In this document: positions 1 through 9,193 of the stretch, one piece after another
Numbering within the stretch: position 1 is the stretch's first letter
Layout: each line of letters starts with the position of its first letter
Sequence record: PP047754
Length of the DNA: 64,000 bases
Origin: Escherichia phage KEP4
Reading direction: 5' to 3' (one strand)
The notes under the pieces: model-generated
Database searches by the model: none
The model's input: the letters and a program-made list of their open reading frames with translations, nothing else
What the model was told of the DNA's origin: nothing
Made by a program: the position numbers and the translations under genes

Positions 1-269
1 ATGACGCGTTTACACGTGGTCTGTTCAGCAATGCGGTTCGTCCATATATTCGCCAGCTGGCGAATATGGGCGCGATTTACGATGGTAAAGTCAAGTGTGA
101 TGAAGATAACAACACTGCTGATGTCATTGCGGCAAACCAAATGGTTGCTGGTATCTGGTTGAAACCGGAATACAGCATAAATTGGGTGTATCTTGACTTT
201 GCTGCAGTTCGACCAGATATGGAGTTCAGCGAAATCGAATCCGGTGGCGGCATCGTTGCTGCTTCATAA
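1..269 (+). CDS. tail sheath protein (gp18-like), C-terminal fragment; 5' end upstream of window
   Basis: Open frame runs from the window edge to TAA 267-269; sits immediately upstream of gp19/gp20/gp21/gp22/gp23 in T4 order; followed by a terminator hairpin. Confidence 0.5.
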   Translation, partial: DAFTRGLFSNAVRPYIRQLANMGAIYDGKVKCDEDNNTADVIAANQMVAGIWLKPEYSINWVYLDFAAVRPDMEFSEIESGGGIVAAS

Positions 270-277
270 AATGACCA

Positions 278-298
278 ACCCCGCTTCGGCGGGGTTTT
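278..298 (+). terminator. rho-independent terminator after sheath gene
   Basis: Hairpin accccgc-ttcg-gcggggt followed by TTTT; same core hairpin recurs after gp23 at 6634-6655. Confidence 0.6.
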
Positions 299-326
299 CC
301 TTTGTCTTATTGATTTGAGTTATTGA

Positions 327-785
327 ATGATATACGCATACAAAATTGAAACGATAACTAATGGAAAGGTCTACATCGGTGTGACCAATCACCCACAACG
401 AAGATATGATCAGCATTTTGCGAATGCTTTTCATCATGGAGTCCAAAGTGAATTGTATGATGCCATGCGTAAGTATGGAACATCTGGATTTACTTTCGTT
501 GTAATTGCTCAGACCGATGAAGTCCATAAATGGGAATTAGAGAAGCAACTCATCGCTCAATATAATTCTTATGAGATGGGTTACAACATGAATAAAGGCG
601 GTAATGATGGAAGTCATATGCTGGGTAAAACTGCAGCAAAATTGACATCTACAGGTGAACACATTGGTCTTGTTTCTCTCATAGATCCCCGTTGGGAATT
701 GTGTGAAATCGAACCCGTTTTAAGCAATGTTGACCACGGATTTGATTTTTCTTCCATGAAGATTAAAAGATTGACGACTAATTAG
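327..785 (+). CDS. GIY-YIG family endonuclease (Seg-like homing endonuclease candidate), 152 aa
   Basis: N-terminus IYAYKIETITNGKVYIGVTNHPQRRYDQHF matches the GIY...YIG...R...H motif; inserted between gp18 and gp19, which are adjacent in T4. Confidence 0.6.
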   Translation: MIYAYKIETITNGKVYIGVTNHPQRRYDQHFANAFHHGVQSELYDAMRKYGTSGFTFVVIAQTDEVHKWELEKQLIAQYNSYEMGYNMNKGGNDGSHMLGKTAAKLTSTGEHIGLVSLIDPRWELCEIEPVLSNVDHGFDFSSMKIKRLTTN

Positions 786-815
786 AATTGTGTACTCTTA
801 TTTGGAGATATAAAA

Positions 816-1349
816 ATGGCGACAGTCAATGAGTTTCGCGCAGCCATGTCACGAGGGGGCGGCGTACAACGCCAACACCGCTGGCGTGTGACTGTAAACT
901 TTCCTTCTTTTGTTGCTGGTTCCGACACAATTCGTGACGTGTCCTTGCTGGCTGTAACCACCAACACCCCAACAGGTCAGCTGGGCGAAATTCTGGTGCC
1001 CTGGGGTGGTCGTGAACTTCCGTTCCCAGGGGATCGTCGTTTCGAAGCGCTTCCTGTGACGTTCATTAACGTGGTGAACAACGCTCCATACAATGCTTTT
1101 GAAGTGTGGCAGCAATTCATCAACGGTAGTGAAAACAACCGCGCCAGCGCGAATCCAGATGATTATTTCCGTGATATCATCATGGAACTTCTGGACGCGA
1201 ATGACAACGTGACTAAGACATGGACTTTGCAGGGTGGCTGGCCTCAAAACCTCGGCCAATTGGAACTCGATATGTCGGCAATGGACTCTTACACACAGTT
1301 CACTGTCGACTTGCGTTATTTCCAAGCCGTTTCTGACAAGTCATTGTAA
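816..1349 (+). CDS. tail tube protein gp19
   Basis: 177 aa; C-terminal TWTLQGGWPQNLGQLELDMS pattern resembles T4 gp19; position between sheath and portal. Confidence 0.75.
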   Translation: MATVNEFRAAMSRGGGVQRQHRWRVTVNFPSFVAGSDTIRDVSLLAVTTNTPTGQLGEILVPWGGRELPFPGDRRFEALPVTFINVVNNAPYNAFEVWQQFINGSENNRASANPDDYFRDIIMELLDANDNVTKTWTLQGGWPQNLGQLELDMSAMDSYTQFTVDLRYFQAVSDKSL

Positions 1350-1416
1350 TGTCCTCGGTGCTGGGGGAATGTTATTCCCCCTCACTAATTACAAGAAAAT
1401 GTTGAGGACTTAGATC

Positions 1417-3099
1417 ATGGCTGGATACGGCAGAGGGTTCTTCGGTTTGTTTGGCGGCGGCGGTTTAGTCAATGCCAAAGTCGACACCGATAAGTTAGCC
1501 CAAAAACAAGATGAATTGTTGCTCACCAAGGCGACAGTTGTTGCTCTGGACGATGCTCAAGACGGTTCTATAATCCTTCAGGGCGGTGCAAACACCTACA
1601 ACTATGTTGGCGTTGAGAGTGAACTTCTCAGCGTTAAAACAGTTGTGGAAGAATATCAGTCCATGGCTCAACAGCCTGAAATTCGCAAAGCGGTGGACAT
1701 TATTGTCAATGATGTTGTCACCTGTGAGGAAGATGAAACTCCAGTGACAGTAAACCTTGACAAAGTTGAAGGGATATCTGATACTGTTAAAGAATCTATC
1801 ACCGAATGCTTCAAAGAAGTTATGCACTTGATGGACTTTGACAATACAGCATATCAGAAGATCCGGAAATGGTATGTTGACGGTCGACAAGCATATCATG
1901 TCATCGTTGATCCCACGAATAAAAAAGGCGGGATCAAGAAATTGGTTATGCTTGATTCTCGTTGCATTCGTCCTGTCTATATCGTTGAGAAGGCGATGCG
2001 TGAAGGCGGTATTGAAGCAATAGAATCTGTAACATTGAAGTATTATTACAACCCGAATTATAATCGAAACCAATTCACTGGCCAATCTGGTACTTCCCAG
2101 AACTTCCAGCCTTCACAGCAAGAACTCGTATTCGATGACGAAAGCATTGTTTACATCGATAGTGGTGAAGAGCCATTGGCCAATGGTATTGTCCCAGGCC
2201 TTTTAAATCCTGCTATCCGTCCGTTGAACAACCTGGTTACGACTGAAGATGCGACTGTAATTTATGCCATCACTCGCGCCCCTGAGAAACGCGCATTCTA
2301 TCTTGACGTCGGTACTCTCGGTAAGAAATCTGCTGAAGAATACATGACCATGATGATGGGTAAATTCAAAAACCGCAACGCATATGACCGCACCACTGGT
2401 AAGATAACAGGTAATGCCCATCTTATGGGTATTGCAGAGGATTATTGGTTGCCGCGCCGCGAAGGTCAGAATGCTACAGAGATTGCGACTGTTGGGGGTG
2501 GGAATCAATTGGGCGAAATGGATCACGTGAACTATTTCCGTGAAAAACTCTATGATGCTCTAATGATCCCTAAGAGCCGCCTCCAAGAGGAAGGATCTAT
2601 TAACATTGGGGGTTCTAACCTTGCGGAGATTACACAGGAAGAGCTGCGCTTCAGCAAGTTCTGTGCTGGGTTACGACGCCGTTACTCCCATTTCTTCATG
2701 GAATTCTTGCGCCGCCAGTTAATTTTGAAAGGCGTTACGGATGAAAAGGATTGGAATGAGAAGATCAAACCGTTTATAAAGTTTGAATTCACATCCGATA
2801 GTTACATTCGTGAACAACAAGAAAACGCTATCTTGAATGATCGTCTGGCTTCATTGAACACTGTTGAGCCATTTGTTGGTTCCATTTTCTCCATAGACTA
2901 CGTCATGAGAAATGTATTGCGTATGTCTGATGAAGAAGTTAAAGAACAACAAACGAAGATCGCGGAAGAGAAAAAGAAAGGTCTCTATCCGAAGGTTCAA
3001 GCAGATGAAACTGGCAATTATAGCGGTTCAGATGTTAGTCCGTTGAAGTTTAAACCTGAGACTATCCCATTCTCCGGTTCAACAGACGATAGTATTTAA
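1417..3099 (+). CDS. portal vertex protein gp20
   Basis: 560 aa ORF with RBS; size and position (after gp19, before prohead core/protease/scaffold/capsid genes) match T4 gene 20. Confidence 0.7.
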   Translation: MAGYGRGFFGLFGGGGLVNAKVDTDKLAQKQDELLLTKATVVALDDAQDGSIILQGGANTYNYVGVESELLSVKTVVEEYQSMAQQPEIRKAVDIIVNDVVTCEEDETPVTVNLDKVEGISDTVKESITECFKEVMHLMDFDNTAYQKIRKWYVDGRQAYHVIVDPTNKKGGIKKLVMLDSRCIRPVYIVEKAMREGGIEAIESVTLKYYYNPNYNRNQFTGQSGTSQNFQPSQQELVFDDESIVYIDSGEEPLANGIVPGLLNPAIRPLNNLVTTEDATVIYAITRAPEKRAFYLDVGTLGKKSAEEYMTMMMGKFKNRNAYDRTTGKITGNAHLMGIAEDYWLPRREGQNATEIATVGGGNQLGEMDHVNYFREKLYDALMIPKSRLQEEGSINIGGSNLAEITQEELRFSKFCAGLRRRYSHFFMEFLRRQLILKGVTDEKDWNEKIKPFIKFEFTSDSYIREQQENAILNDRLASLNTVEPFVGSIFSIDYVMRNVLRMSDEEVKEQQTKIAEEKKKGLYPKVQADETGNYSGSDVSPLKFKPETIPFSGSTDDSI

Positions 3100-3140
3100 A
3101 GTTCAACTAAATATAGAAAATTAATTCGGAGATCAAAATC

Positions 3141-3311
3141 ATGAGCGCAATTGATATCGTTCGTGCAGTAATTGACGGTGACACTGAAACTGCTGTTGCA
3201 GAATGCAACATGGAACTTGATGCACGTAGTCAAGAACTATTAAACCAAGGCACCGCATATGTTCTGGATTCTATCGCAGCTGATATGAATTCAAACAACA
3301 ACGGCCAGTAA
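3141..3311 (+). CDS. small prohead core protein candidate (gp67 position), 56 aa
   Basis: Short ORF (below the ORF-track cutoff) with ATG at 3141; sits where T4 gene 67 lies between portal and gp68/gp21. Confidence 0.3.
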   Translation: MSAIDIVRAVIDGDTETAVAECNMELDARSQELLNQGTAYVLDSIAADMNSNNNGQ

Positions 3312-3319
3312 GGAGATGC

Positions 3320-3637
3320 ATGATGGAAATCACAGAGATCGCCACGTTCGCTGATTTCCTGGCCTCTCGTATGGACGAGCAGCGAGTCATCGATAAAGTG
3401 AACGCTCGTGGTAAACGCCGCCGCCGCTTGAAATGTGCCCCTGGGTTCAAATTGTCGGCTGATGGTTCACGTTGTGAAGTTATGGACGCCAGCGAACGTC
3501 GTGTTCGCAAGATCGGCAACCGCAAAGCCCTCCGCTCTAAAAAGCGTATGGGAATGGGCTATCAACGTAAAATCGAGCGCCGCAAGAAAAAGGCTATGAA
3601 GTTCCGCAAAATGATGGGACTGAGTAAGAACAAGTAA
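3320..3637 (+). CDS. prohead core protein candidate (gp68 position), very basic 105 aa
   Basis: AAGGAG RBS at 3311-3316; Arg/Lys-rich; position between portal and prohead protease as for T4 gene 68. Confidence 0.4.
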   Translation: MMEITEIATFADFLASRMDEQRVIDKVNARGKRRRRLKCAPGFKLSADGSRCEVMDASERRVRKIGNRKALRSKKRMGMGYQRKIERRKKKAMKFRKMMGLSKNK

Positions 3638-3644
3638 GGAGTTT

Positions 3645-4313
3645 ATGATGAAACTGTTGCGTGAGATCACAGCGATAGGGAAGGATCTTCAAATCGGTGA
3701 GGCCACAACCTCAACTGGTGGGAAGGCCATGTTCATCGAAGGTCCGTTTGTGATGTGTAACCAAGTCAACCGTAACGGGCGTAACTATGATCTGCAGAAA
3801 GTGGGTATTCCTGCTGTCGAAGCATACGACAAAGAGTATATCCAAGATCGTCGCGCAATCGGTGAAGTCACACATCCTGACTATCCTTTCCCTAATCTGG
3901 TGGAAGCTGCGCTCAAAACCGAATCCCTTCGCTGGGAAGGCACTAATGCCATCGGTCGGGCGCGAATTTTAAATACACCAAAAGGCCAAATCATACGTGC
4001 ATTGGCCGAAGCAGACTTCAATCTGGCCGTGTCTACACGTGGCCTGGGTGAGACCAAGTCAGTAAACGGTTATGATGACGTTCAGCCTGGCTTTATGCTC
4101 ACCGCTGTTGATGCAGTCGACCGTCCTTCTGGACAAGTTTGTTATGTTAAGGCTGTGAGTGAATCTGTTGAATGGCAGCTTGATGAGGCTTCGGGTATTT
4201 GGATGCCTCGTGATGTTAAAGGGAAAGTTGTAGACCAGTTGGTGAAAACCAATATCCAGGTTGAAGACGATTTCCTGCGCCGCCTTGATGCAGCATTGAA
4301 TCATCTGGGCTGA
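3645..4313 (+). CDS. prohead core scaffold/protease gp21
   Basis: 222 aa; T4 gp21-like size and position immediately upstream of scaffold gp22 and capsid gp23. Confidence 0.75.
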   Translation: MMKLLREITAIGKDLQIGEATTSTGGKAMFIEGPFVMCNQVNRNGRNYDLQKVGIPAVEAYDKEYIQDRRAIGEVTHPDYPFPNLVEAALKTESLRWEGTNAIGRARILNTPKGQIIRALAEADFNLAVSTRGLGETKSVNGYDDVQPGFMLTAVDAVDRPSGQVCYVKAVSESVEWQLDEASGIWMPRDVKGKVVDQLVKTNIQVEDDFLRRLDAALNHLG

Positions 4314-4359
4314 ATTTCAGCTCACTAAATACTGAAAAATCGTTCAGAAGGAAACTATC

Positions 4360-5199
4360 ATGAAACCTGAATTGCAAAATCTGTTTGAAGGCGTTAACGG
4401 CATCAGCCCAGATTTCCTGGATAAAGTATCCAATTTGCTGGAATCGAAAGTTGAAGCGGCTCGTCTGAAAGCTATCCAAGAAACCGAAGCAGCTGGCAAC
4501 GTCGAGCGCCTGAATTTGGTAGAATCTCACCAGAAAGAAATCGCCGACCTGAAAGAAAATTTCATTCTGCAATTGGCTGGGAAAGTTGACTCATTCCTCA
4601 ACGCGGTGGTTGAAGAATGGGCTAACAAAAATGCCCCAGCTATTGACGCTCAGATCAAAACTGAAGCTGCTGAACGCTTCCTCACTGGTTTCTCCAACGT
4701 GCTGAAAGAAGCAGGTGTGAGTTTCGCTACTGACCCAGACGGTCAGATTGCTGCCCTCACCAGTCGCCTTGCTGAAGCAGAACAACGCGCCAGCATTGCC
4801 AATACTGAATTGGCTCAGCTCAAAGAAAGTGAAACCAAACGCCAGCGCAATGATGTCATTGATCGTATTTGTGAAGGTATGGTTGACACCAAGAAAGACA
4901 CTGTTGTCAACCTGCTGGAAGGTATTGAATTCCAGACCGAGTCTGAATTTGAATCCCGTGTGCGCACCTTCCGTAACCTGGTAGAAGGCAAAGATGACTT
5001 CTCTGATAAAGTCGGCAAAGACAATGAAAAAGGCAAGCCGGATGGCGACAATTCTGAAAAAGACATCAAAGAAGGTAAAAAACCGAAGAAAGAAGGTGAA
5101 GCCGACGATGATGACGATGACGATGATGACAAAGACGAAGTTGGCAAAGAAGTCAACGAAGCCGTCCGTCGCCAGATCAGTGCTTTGATGAACGGCTAA
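4360..5199 (+). CDS. prohead scaffold protein gp22
   Basis: 279 aa, coiled-coil-like, poly-Asp/Lys-rich C-terminal tail (EADDDDDDDDDKDE); directly upstream of the capsid gene. Confidence 0.7.
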   Translation: MKPELQNLFEGVNGISPDFLDKVSNLLESKVEAARLKAIQETEAAGNVERLNLVESHQKEIADLKENFILQLAGKVDSFLNAVVEEWANKNAPAIDAQIKTEAAERFLTGFSNVLKEAGVSFATDPDGQIAALTSRLAEAEQRASIANTELAQLKESETKRQRNDVIDRICEGMVDTKKDTVVNLLEGIEFQTESEFESRVRTFRNLVEGKDDFSDKVGKDNEKGKPDGDNSEKDIKEGKKPKKEGEADDDDDDDDDKDEVGKEVNEAVRRQISALMNG

Positions 5200-5213
5200 T
5201 TTTAGCAGCCACA

Positions 5214-5237
5214 GCCCTCGAAAGGGGGCTTGATTTT
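5214..5237 (+). terminator. stem-loop / weak terminator after gp22
   Basis: gccctc-gaaa-gggggc hairpin followed by T-rich run. Confidence 0.35.
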
Positions 5238-5290
5238 GAACTACTAAGTAATTTCAACTTAACTGAATATCAATGTAAGGAACGAGCATC

Positions 5291-6613
5291 ATGACTAAGA
5301 AACTTGTAACCGAAGAAATGCGCAAACAGTGGCTGCCAGTTCTCCAAAAAGAATCTGAAGCTATTCAACCTCTGTCTGCCGAAAACGTAACCATCCGTCT
5401 GATGCAGAACCAGGCTGAATGGAACGCAAAAAACCTGGGCGAATCTGACGCACCTGGTTCTGTGAACAGCACTGTCGGTAAATGGCAGCCAGTTCTGATC
5501 GACATGGCAAAACGTCTGGCGCCGATCAACATCGCGATGGACTTCTTCGGTGTTCAGCCGCTGTCTGGTCCTGACGGTCAGATCTTTGCACTGCGCGCTC
5601 GCCAGGGTGTTGGTGACAGTTCCAACACCGCACAGTCTCGTAAAGAACTGTTCATGCAGGAAGCCGATTCCGGCTATTCCGGTGATGGTACTGTACAGGC
5701 TGGCGACCCGTCAGGCTTTAGTCAGGCTGAAATCGAAGGTTCTGGCTCTGGCGTGACCACTATCGGTAAAGGTATGCCGTCAACCGACGCGGAACTGCTG
5801 GGTACTACCACCAATCCGTGGGCGCGTGTTGGTATCACCGTTCAGAAAGCGACCGTTACTGCCAAGTCTCGCGGCCTGTATGCTGATTACAGCCATGAAC
5901 TGCGTCAGGATATGATGGCAATTCACGGCGAAGACGTGGATAATATCCTGTCTGACGTGATGGTAACTGAAATTCAGGCGGAAATGAACCGTGAATTCAT
6001 CCGTACCATGAACTTCAGTGCTGTTCGCTTCAAAAAATTCGGAACCAACGGTGTTGTTGATATCGCGCAGGACATCTCTGGTCGTTGGGCGCTGGAAAAA
6101 TGGAAGTTCCTGACTTTCATGCTGGAAGTTGAAGCGAACGGTATCGGTGTTGACACCCGTCGTGGTAAAGGCAACCGTGTTCTGTGTTCTCCGAACGTGG
6201 CATCCGCTCTGGCGATGTCTGGCATGCTGGACTATGCTCCAGTTCTGCAGGAAAACACTAAACTGGCTGTTGACCCGACTGGCCAGACCTTCGCTGGTGT
6301 TCTGTCCAACGGTATGCGCGTCTATGTTGACCCGTATGCTGTAGCAGAATATATCACTCTGGCATACAAAGGCGCAACTGCGCTGGATGCTGGTATCTTC
6401 TTCGCGCCGTATGTGCCGCTGGAAATGTACCGCACCCAGGGTGAAACCACCTTCGCTCCGCGTATGGCGTTCAAAACCCGTTACGGCATCTGTGCTAACC
6501 CGTTCGTACAGATTCCGGCTAACCAAGACCCGCAGGTTTACGTGACTGCTGACGGTATCGCTCAAGACAGCAACCCGTATTTCCGCAAAGGTCTGATCAA
6601 ATCTCTGTTCTAA
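5291..6613 (+). CDS. major capsid protein gp23
   Basis: 440 aa; motifs GVQPLSGPDGQIFALRA, FAPYVPL and KTRYGICANPF match T4 gp23; strongly biased, highly-expressed-type codon usage. Confidence 0.9.
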   Translation: MTKKLVTEEMRKQWLPVLQKESEAIQPLSAENVTIRLMQNQAEWNAKNLGESDAPGSVNSTVGKWQPVLIDMAKRLAPINIAMDFFGVQPLSGPDGQIFALRARQGVGDSSNTAQSRKELFMQEADSGYSGDGTVQAGDPSGFSQAEIEGSGSGVTTIGKGMPSTDAELLGTTTNPWARVGITVQKATVTAKSRGLYADYSHELRQDMMAIHGEDVDNILSDVMVTEIQAEMNREFIRTMNFSAVRFKKFGTNGVVDIAQDISGRWALEKWKFLTFMLEVEANGIGVDTRRGKGNRVLCSPNVASALAMSGMLDYAPVLQENTKLAVDPTGQTFAGVLSNGMRVYVDPYAVAEYITLAYKGATALDAGIFFAPYVPLEMYRTQGETTFAPRMAFKTRYGICANPFVQIPANQDPQVYVTADGIAQDSNPYFRKGLIKSLF

Positions 6614-6633
6614 TCGACAGGTTTTGATAACAA

Positions 6634-6655
6634 ACCCCGCTTCGGCGGGGTTTTT
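6634..6655 (+). terminator. rho-independent terminator after gp23
   Basis: ccccgc-ttcg-gcgggg hairpin followed by TTTTT; same hairpin core as at 278-298. Confidence 0.65.
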
Positions 6656-6747
6656 CTTTATAGGGATTCACTATAAGACCGCTAATAGTTTTCAATAAAT
6701 GGGCAATGAACGATCATTACCCAACTTTCACAATAGGAATACAACTC

Positions 6748-6942
6748 ATGGCAAAAGAAACTCTTAACAATGAAAACTCCAACTTTGCAGAATGGCATAC
6801 CGAATTAGAGCGCGTTGCCCGTTCTCAACATGGTTCTGCCGCTGATGCAGATGCTTGGCGTGAAGATTATGAATCTGGAAAAACTCCACGTCAGGCTTGG
6901 GAAGACGAATGGGGGTGGGATGATGCCGACTCTAATCCGTAA
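6748..6942 (+). CDS. hypothetical protein, 64 aa, acidic/Trp-rich
   Basis: ATG preceded by an AGGAA leader resembling the conserved cassette leader; start chosen inside ORF-track frame 6706. Confidence 0.35.
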   Translation: MAKETLNNENSNFAEWHTELERVARSQHGSAADADAWREDYESGKTPRQAWEDEWGWDDADSNP

Positions 6943-7153
6943 GATATATCTGGATAAGAACTATTTGGAATCTAAAATCGAAGTTTTCACGGCTCAAAAA
7001 ATATTTGAAGACGGTGAAACGAGATATTATCTGAATCCAGACCTTTATCTCCCAGGAAGTAATTTGAATCGCGACATATCCCAAATAGATGGCACAATCA
7101 TTCGTTGGGAAATAGCGACGCAAGAAGACAACTGTCACAACATAACACTTTGA
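6920..7153 (+). CDS. hypothetical protein, ~77 aa
   Basis: Tandem ATG at 6920/6923 overlapping the stop of the previous ORF; ORF-track frame 6815. Confidence 0.35.
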   Translation: MMPTLIRKIYLDKNYLESKIEVFTAQKIFEDGETRYYLNPDLYLPGSNLNRDISQIDGTIIRWEIATQEDNCHNITL

Positions 7154-7168
7154 AGAGAGAACTACATC

Positions 7169-7615
7169 ATGTCTAAACAAAATTATATCTTTATTAGTCC
7201 AGGACGTTCCCAGTTTTTTCGTAGCGACATCGATACACCTATCGAAGGTTTTCGCATTTTCAAATGCTATAAATTGGCCAGCGGTGACATTGATTATCAA
7301 AGTCACGACAATGACCGCCAAGACTTGGTTGATAACGGTTGGGAAGAAATAGATTCTCCTCAATATCTGACCGTCAACCTTTATTATATGAAGGAAAGCG
7401 GTAAATATTATTCGACTGGGGAGTTGAAAATCCGAGTTTCAGAAGCCCAATCCAATCCAGCAAAAAGTTGGTATGACACGCAAGAGTTAGTGCGTGATCT
7501 CCTGAAGAAAGGCGAACTGCCTGGCTTGGTTAAAGGTTCCCGTTTTGATACCTTCATGTCCTGTGAACAACACCCGTGCTATGTTCCGACTTTATTTAAA
7601 ATCAGCAACATATGA
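7169..7615 (+). CDS. hypothetical protein, 148 aa
   Basis: ATG preceded by gagaactacatc leader (same leader family as the cassette genes). Confidence 0.45.
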   Translation: MSKQNYIFISPGRSQFFRSDIDTPIEGFRIFKCYKLASGDIDYQSHDNDRQDLVDNGWEEIDSPQYLTVNLYYMKESGKYYSTGELKIRVSEAQSNPAKSWYDTQELVRDLLKKGELPGLVKGSRFDTFMSCEQHPCYVPTLFKISNI

Positions 7616-7626
7616 GAGATTAATAT

Positions 7627-8001
7627 ATGAGCAATTTACCACTGCTTCAAGTCGGCGATGTGTTCGTTCTCACAGAAGAAATGACCATTGAAACTCAGGT
7701 GCCTAAACATTTCTTGTATTCTAATTGCAAGGGAGATTGGCAAACGGACTCTGGTTATATCACCCCTGAGGGATTCTTCGGTTACATGCAAGGGCATTAT
7801 GTCGTTACCAAAACAGCTCTACAAGGAGGTAGCGCTGGTCACGACCCATACCCAGACGGTCATCATGTTTGGGCACAGCATACCGAAAATGAACGCATCA
7901 GGATCTGTTTTTATCAGACAGGCAGCTTCAGAAACATGCACCGTAACGTTCCAGTAGTCGGAAAAGCCAAGGCGCAAACATGGACTTGGGAGAAATTATG
8001 A
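7627..8001 (+). CDS. hypothetical protein, 124 aa
   Basis: ORF with ATG start, tightly packed after the previous gene. Confidence 0.45.
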   Translation: MSNLPLLQVGDVFVLTEEMTIETQVPKHFLYSNCKGDWQTDSGYITPEGFFGYMQGHYVVTKTALQGGSAGHDPYPDGHHVWAQHTENERIRICFYQTGSFRNMHRNVPVVGKAKAQTWTWEKL

Positions 8002-8234
8002 GAATCAAAAAGATTGGAGCAAGCCCGTTGACGGGCACTATCTTCCAAGGTACATTGAATACCAAAACCAGTATGTGGGTAGGTGAGAAGACCGACGTGA
8101 CTAACGACTGTGTAGCGGCTACGGCTGAACACATGCGCCACATCAAGAAAGACTACTGCTTCCCTACTAAAGACGGCAAGTTTCTGGTGCTGAGCGCTGA
8201 GGTTCACGACACTCTTCCTGATCGCTTCAAATAA
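7998..8234 (+). CDS. hypothetical protein, ~78 aa
   Basis: ATG at 7998 after GGGAGA; overlaps previous stop by 4 nt. Confidence 0.4.
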   Translation: MRIKKIGASPLTGTIFQGTLNTKTSMWVGEKTDVTNDCVAATAEHMRHIKKDYCFPTKDGKFLVLSAEVHDTLPDRFK

Positions 8235-8245
8235 ATTTAAAATTT

Positions 8246-8337
8246 ATTCAATAAACGGGGTTTACTTCTTCAATAAACCCCGTATACTTCATTCCATAAG
8301 CAGCACAACACTGACTCTGAAATGAAGGAACTACATC
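8246..8337 (+). promoter_or_regulatory. early promoter + stem-loop cassette (PeSL-like), copy 1
   Basis: ttattcaataaa - hairpin cgggg/ccccg - TTTACT (8261-8266) - 17 bp - TATACT (8284-8289) - conserved leader aggaactacatc - ATG. Confidence 0.55.
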
Positions 8338-8802
8338 ATGACAACCGTAAAAATCTCCGTCTGGGCATTCAACAATTTCACCAAATTTGACGCGTTTGTT
8401 AAAAACGCTCTGGGCATCACCAACATAGAATCTTTCACTTCTTATGACCGCGAAGATCAGGTCAAAATGCTTCGTCCTGAAATCGACCTTGATGCAATGC
8501 TGAACGCCATCAAGAATCACGATGACAATCTGGCTGAATTCGAAAACCTCCGCACCTCTATCTTCAAAAAGAATGGTGGCATCCGTAAGCTGAGCAACAA
8601 AACCATCAAATATGTCACCGAAGGGTTCTTTGTGGTGTTCGACTTCATAGAAACCAAGCCGAACGAACTTCGTAAAGATTTAGACGGCAACGTTATCACC
8701 CTGAAAATGTTTGGCGAAGCCAAGGCCGATATGATGCGTGACGGCCTGTGTGATGAGACATTCACATACGACGAATATTGCGATCAGTGCCAAGATCTGT
8801 AA
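8338..8802 (+). CDS. hypothetical protein, 154 aa (cassette-driven)
   Basis: ATG directly after the conserved aggaactacatc leader. Confidence 0.5.
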   Translation: MTTVKISVWAFNNFTKFDAFVKNALGITNIESFTSYDREDQVKMLRPEIDLDAMLNAIKNHDDNLAEFENLRTSIFKKNGGIRKLSNKTIKYVTEGFFVVFDFIETKPNELRKDLDGNVITLKMFGEAKADMMRDGLCDETFTYDEYCDQCQDL

Positions 8803-8870
8803 TTTGTTCTAAACCATTTGAACGGGTATGTTAAAATCATACCCAACCCCTACAAATAGAGGACTATAAC

Positions 8871-9188
8871 ATGGCTTGTAAAACACCAGAAATGAAATTA
8901 GTTGTTTCGTCAAAGGGGCGTCGCAGCCGCAGTCGAAATCTCATCACCCGTTTAGATATTCTACGTCAAAAATATCAAGGTCACAGCGTGTTCACACGCA
9001 TCCGTAACGCATTAAAGGAAGGGCGAATCGAGTTGGAGCTATATCGTCCAAACGGTTCGACTCGTGCGTATCAGACCACCGACGGTTTGCTGGAACTGAT
9101 CCGCCTCTCGGGAATGAGCATAGAACCTCGTTCATCAGGGACTCCCTTGTGCAGCCTGTATGTAATCGGCAATCTTGGGGCGCTGTGA
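8871..9188 (+). CDS. hypothetical protein, 105 aa
   Basis: ORF with GAGGA RBS. Confidence 0.45.
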   Translation: MACKTPEMKLVVSSKGRRSRSRNLITRLDILRQKYQGHSVFTRIRNALKEGRIELELYRPNGSTRAYQTTDGLLELIRLSGMSIEPRSSGTPLCSLYVIGNLGAL

Positions 9189-9193
9189 GTTCT

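Noticed and set aside
1495-2085. 196-aa reverse-strand ORF inside the portal gene
   Set aside because: Antisense to the gp20 frame, no start context; the forward frame is continuous and syntenic.
5780-6565. 261-aa reverse-strand ORF inside the major capsid gene
   Set aside because: Entirely antisense to gp23, whose identity is secure; no RBS; typical shadow ORF in a GC-biased highly expressed gene.
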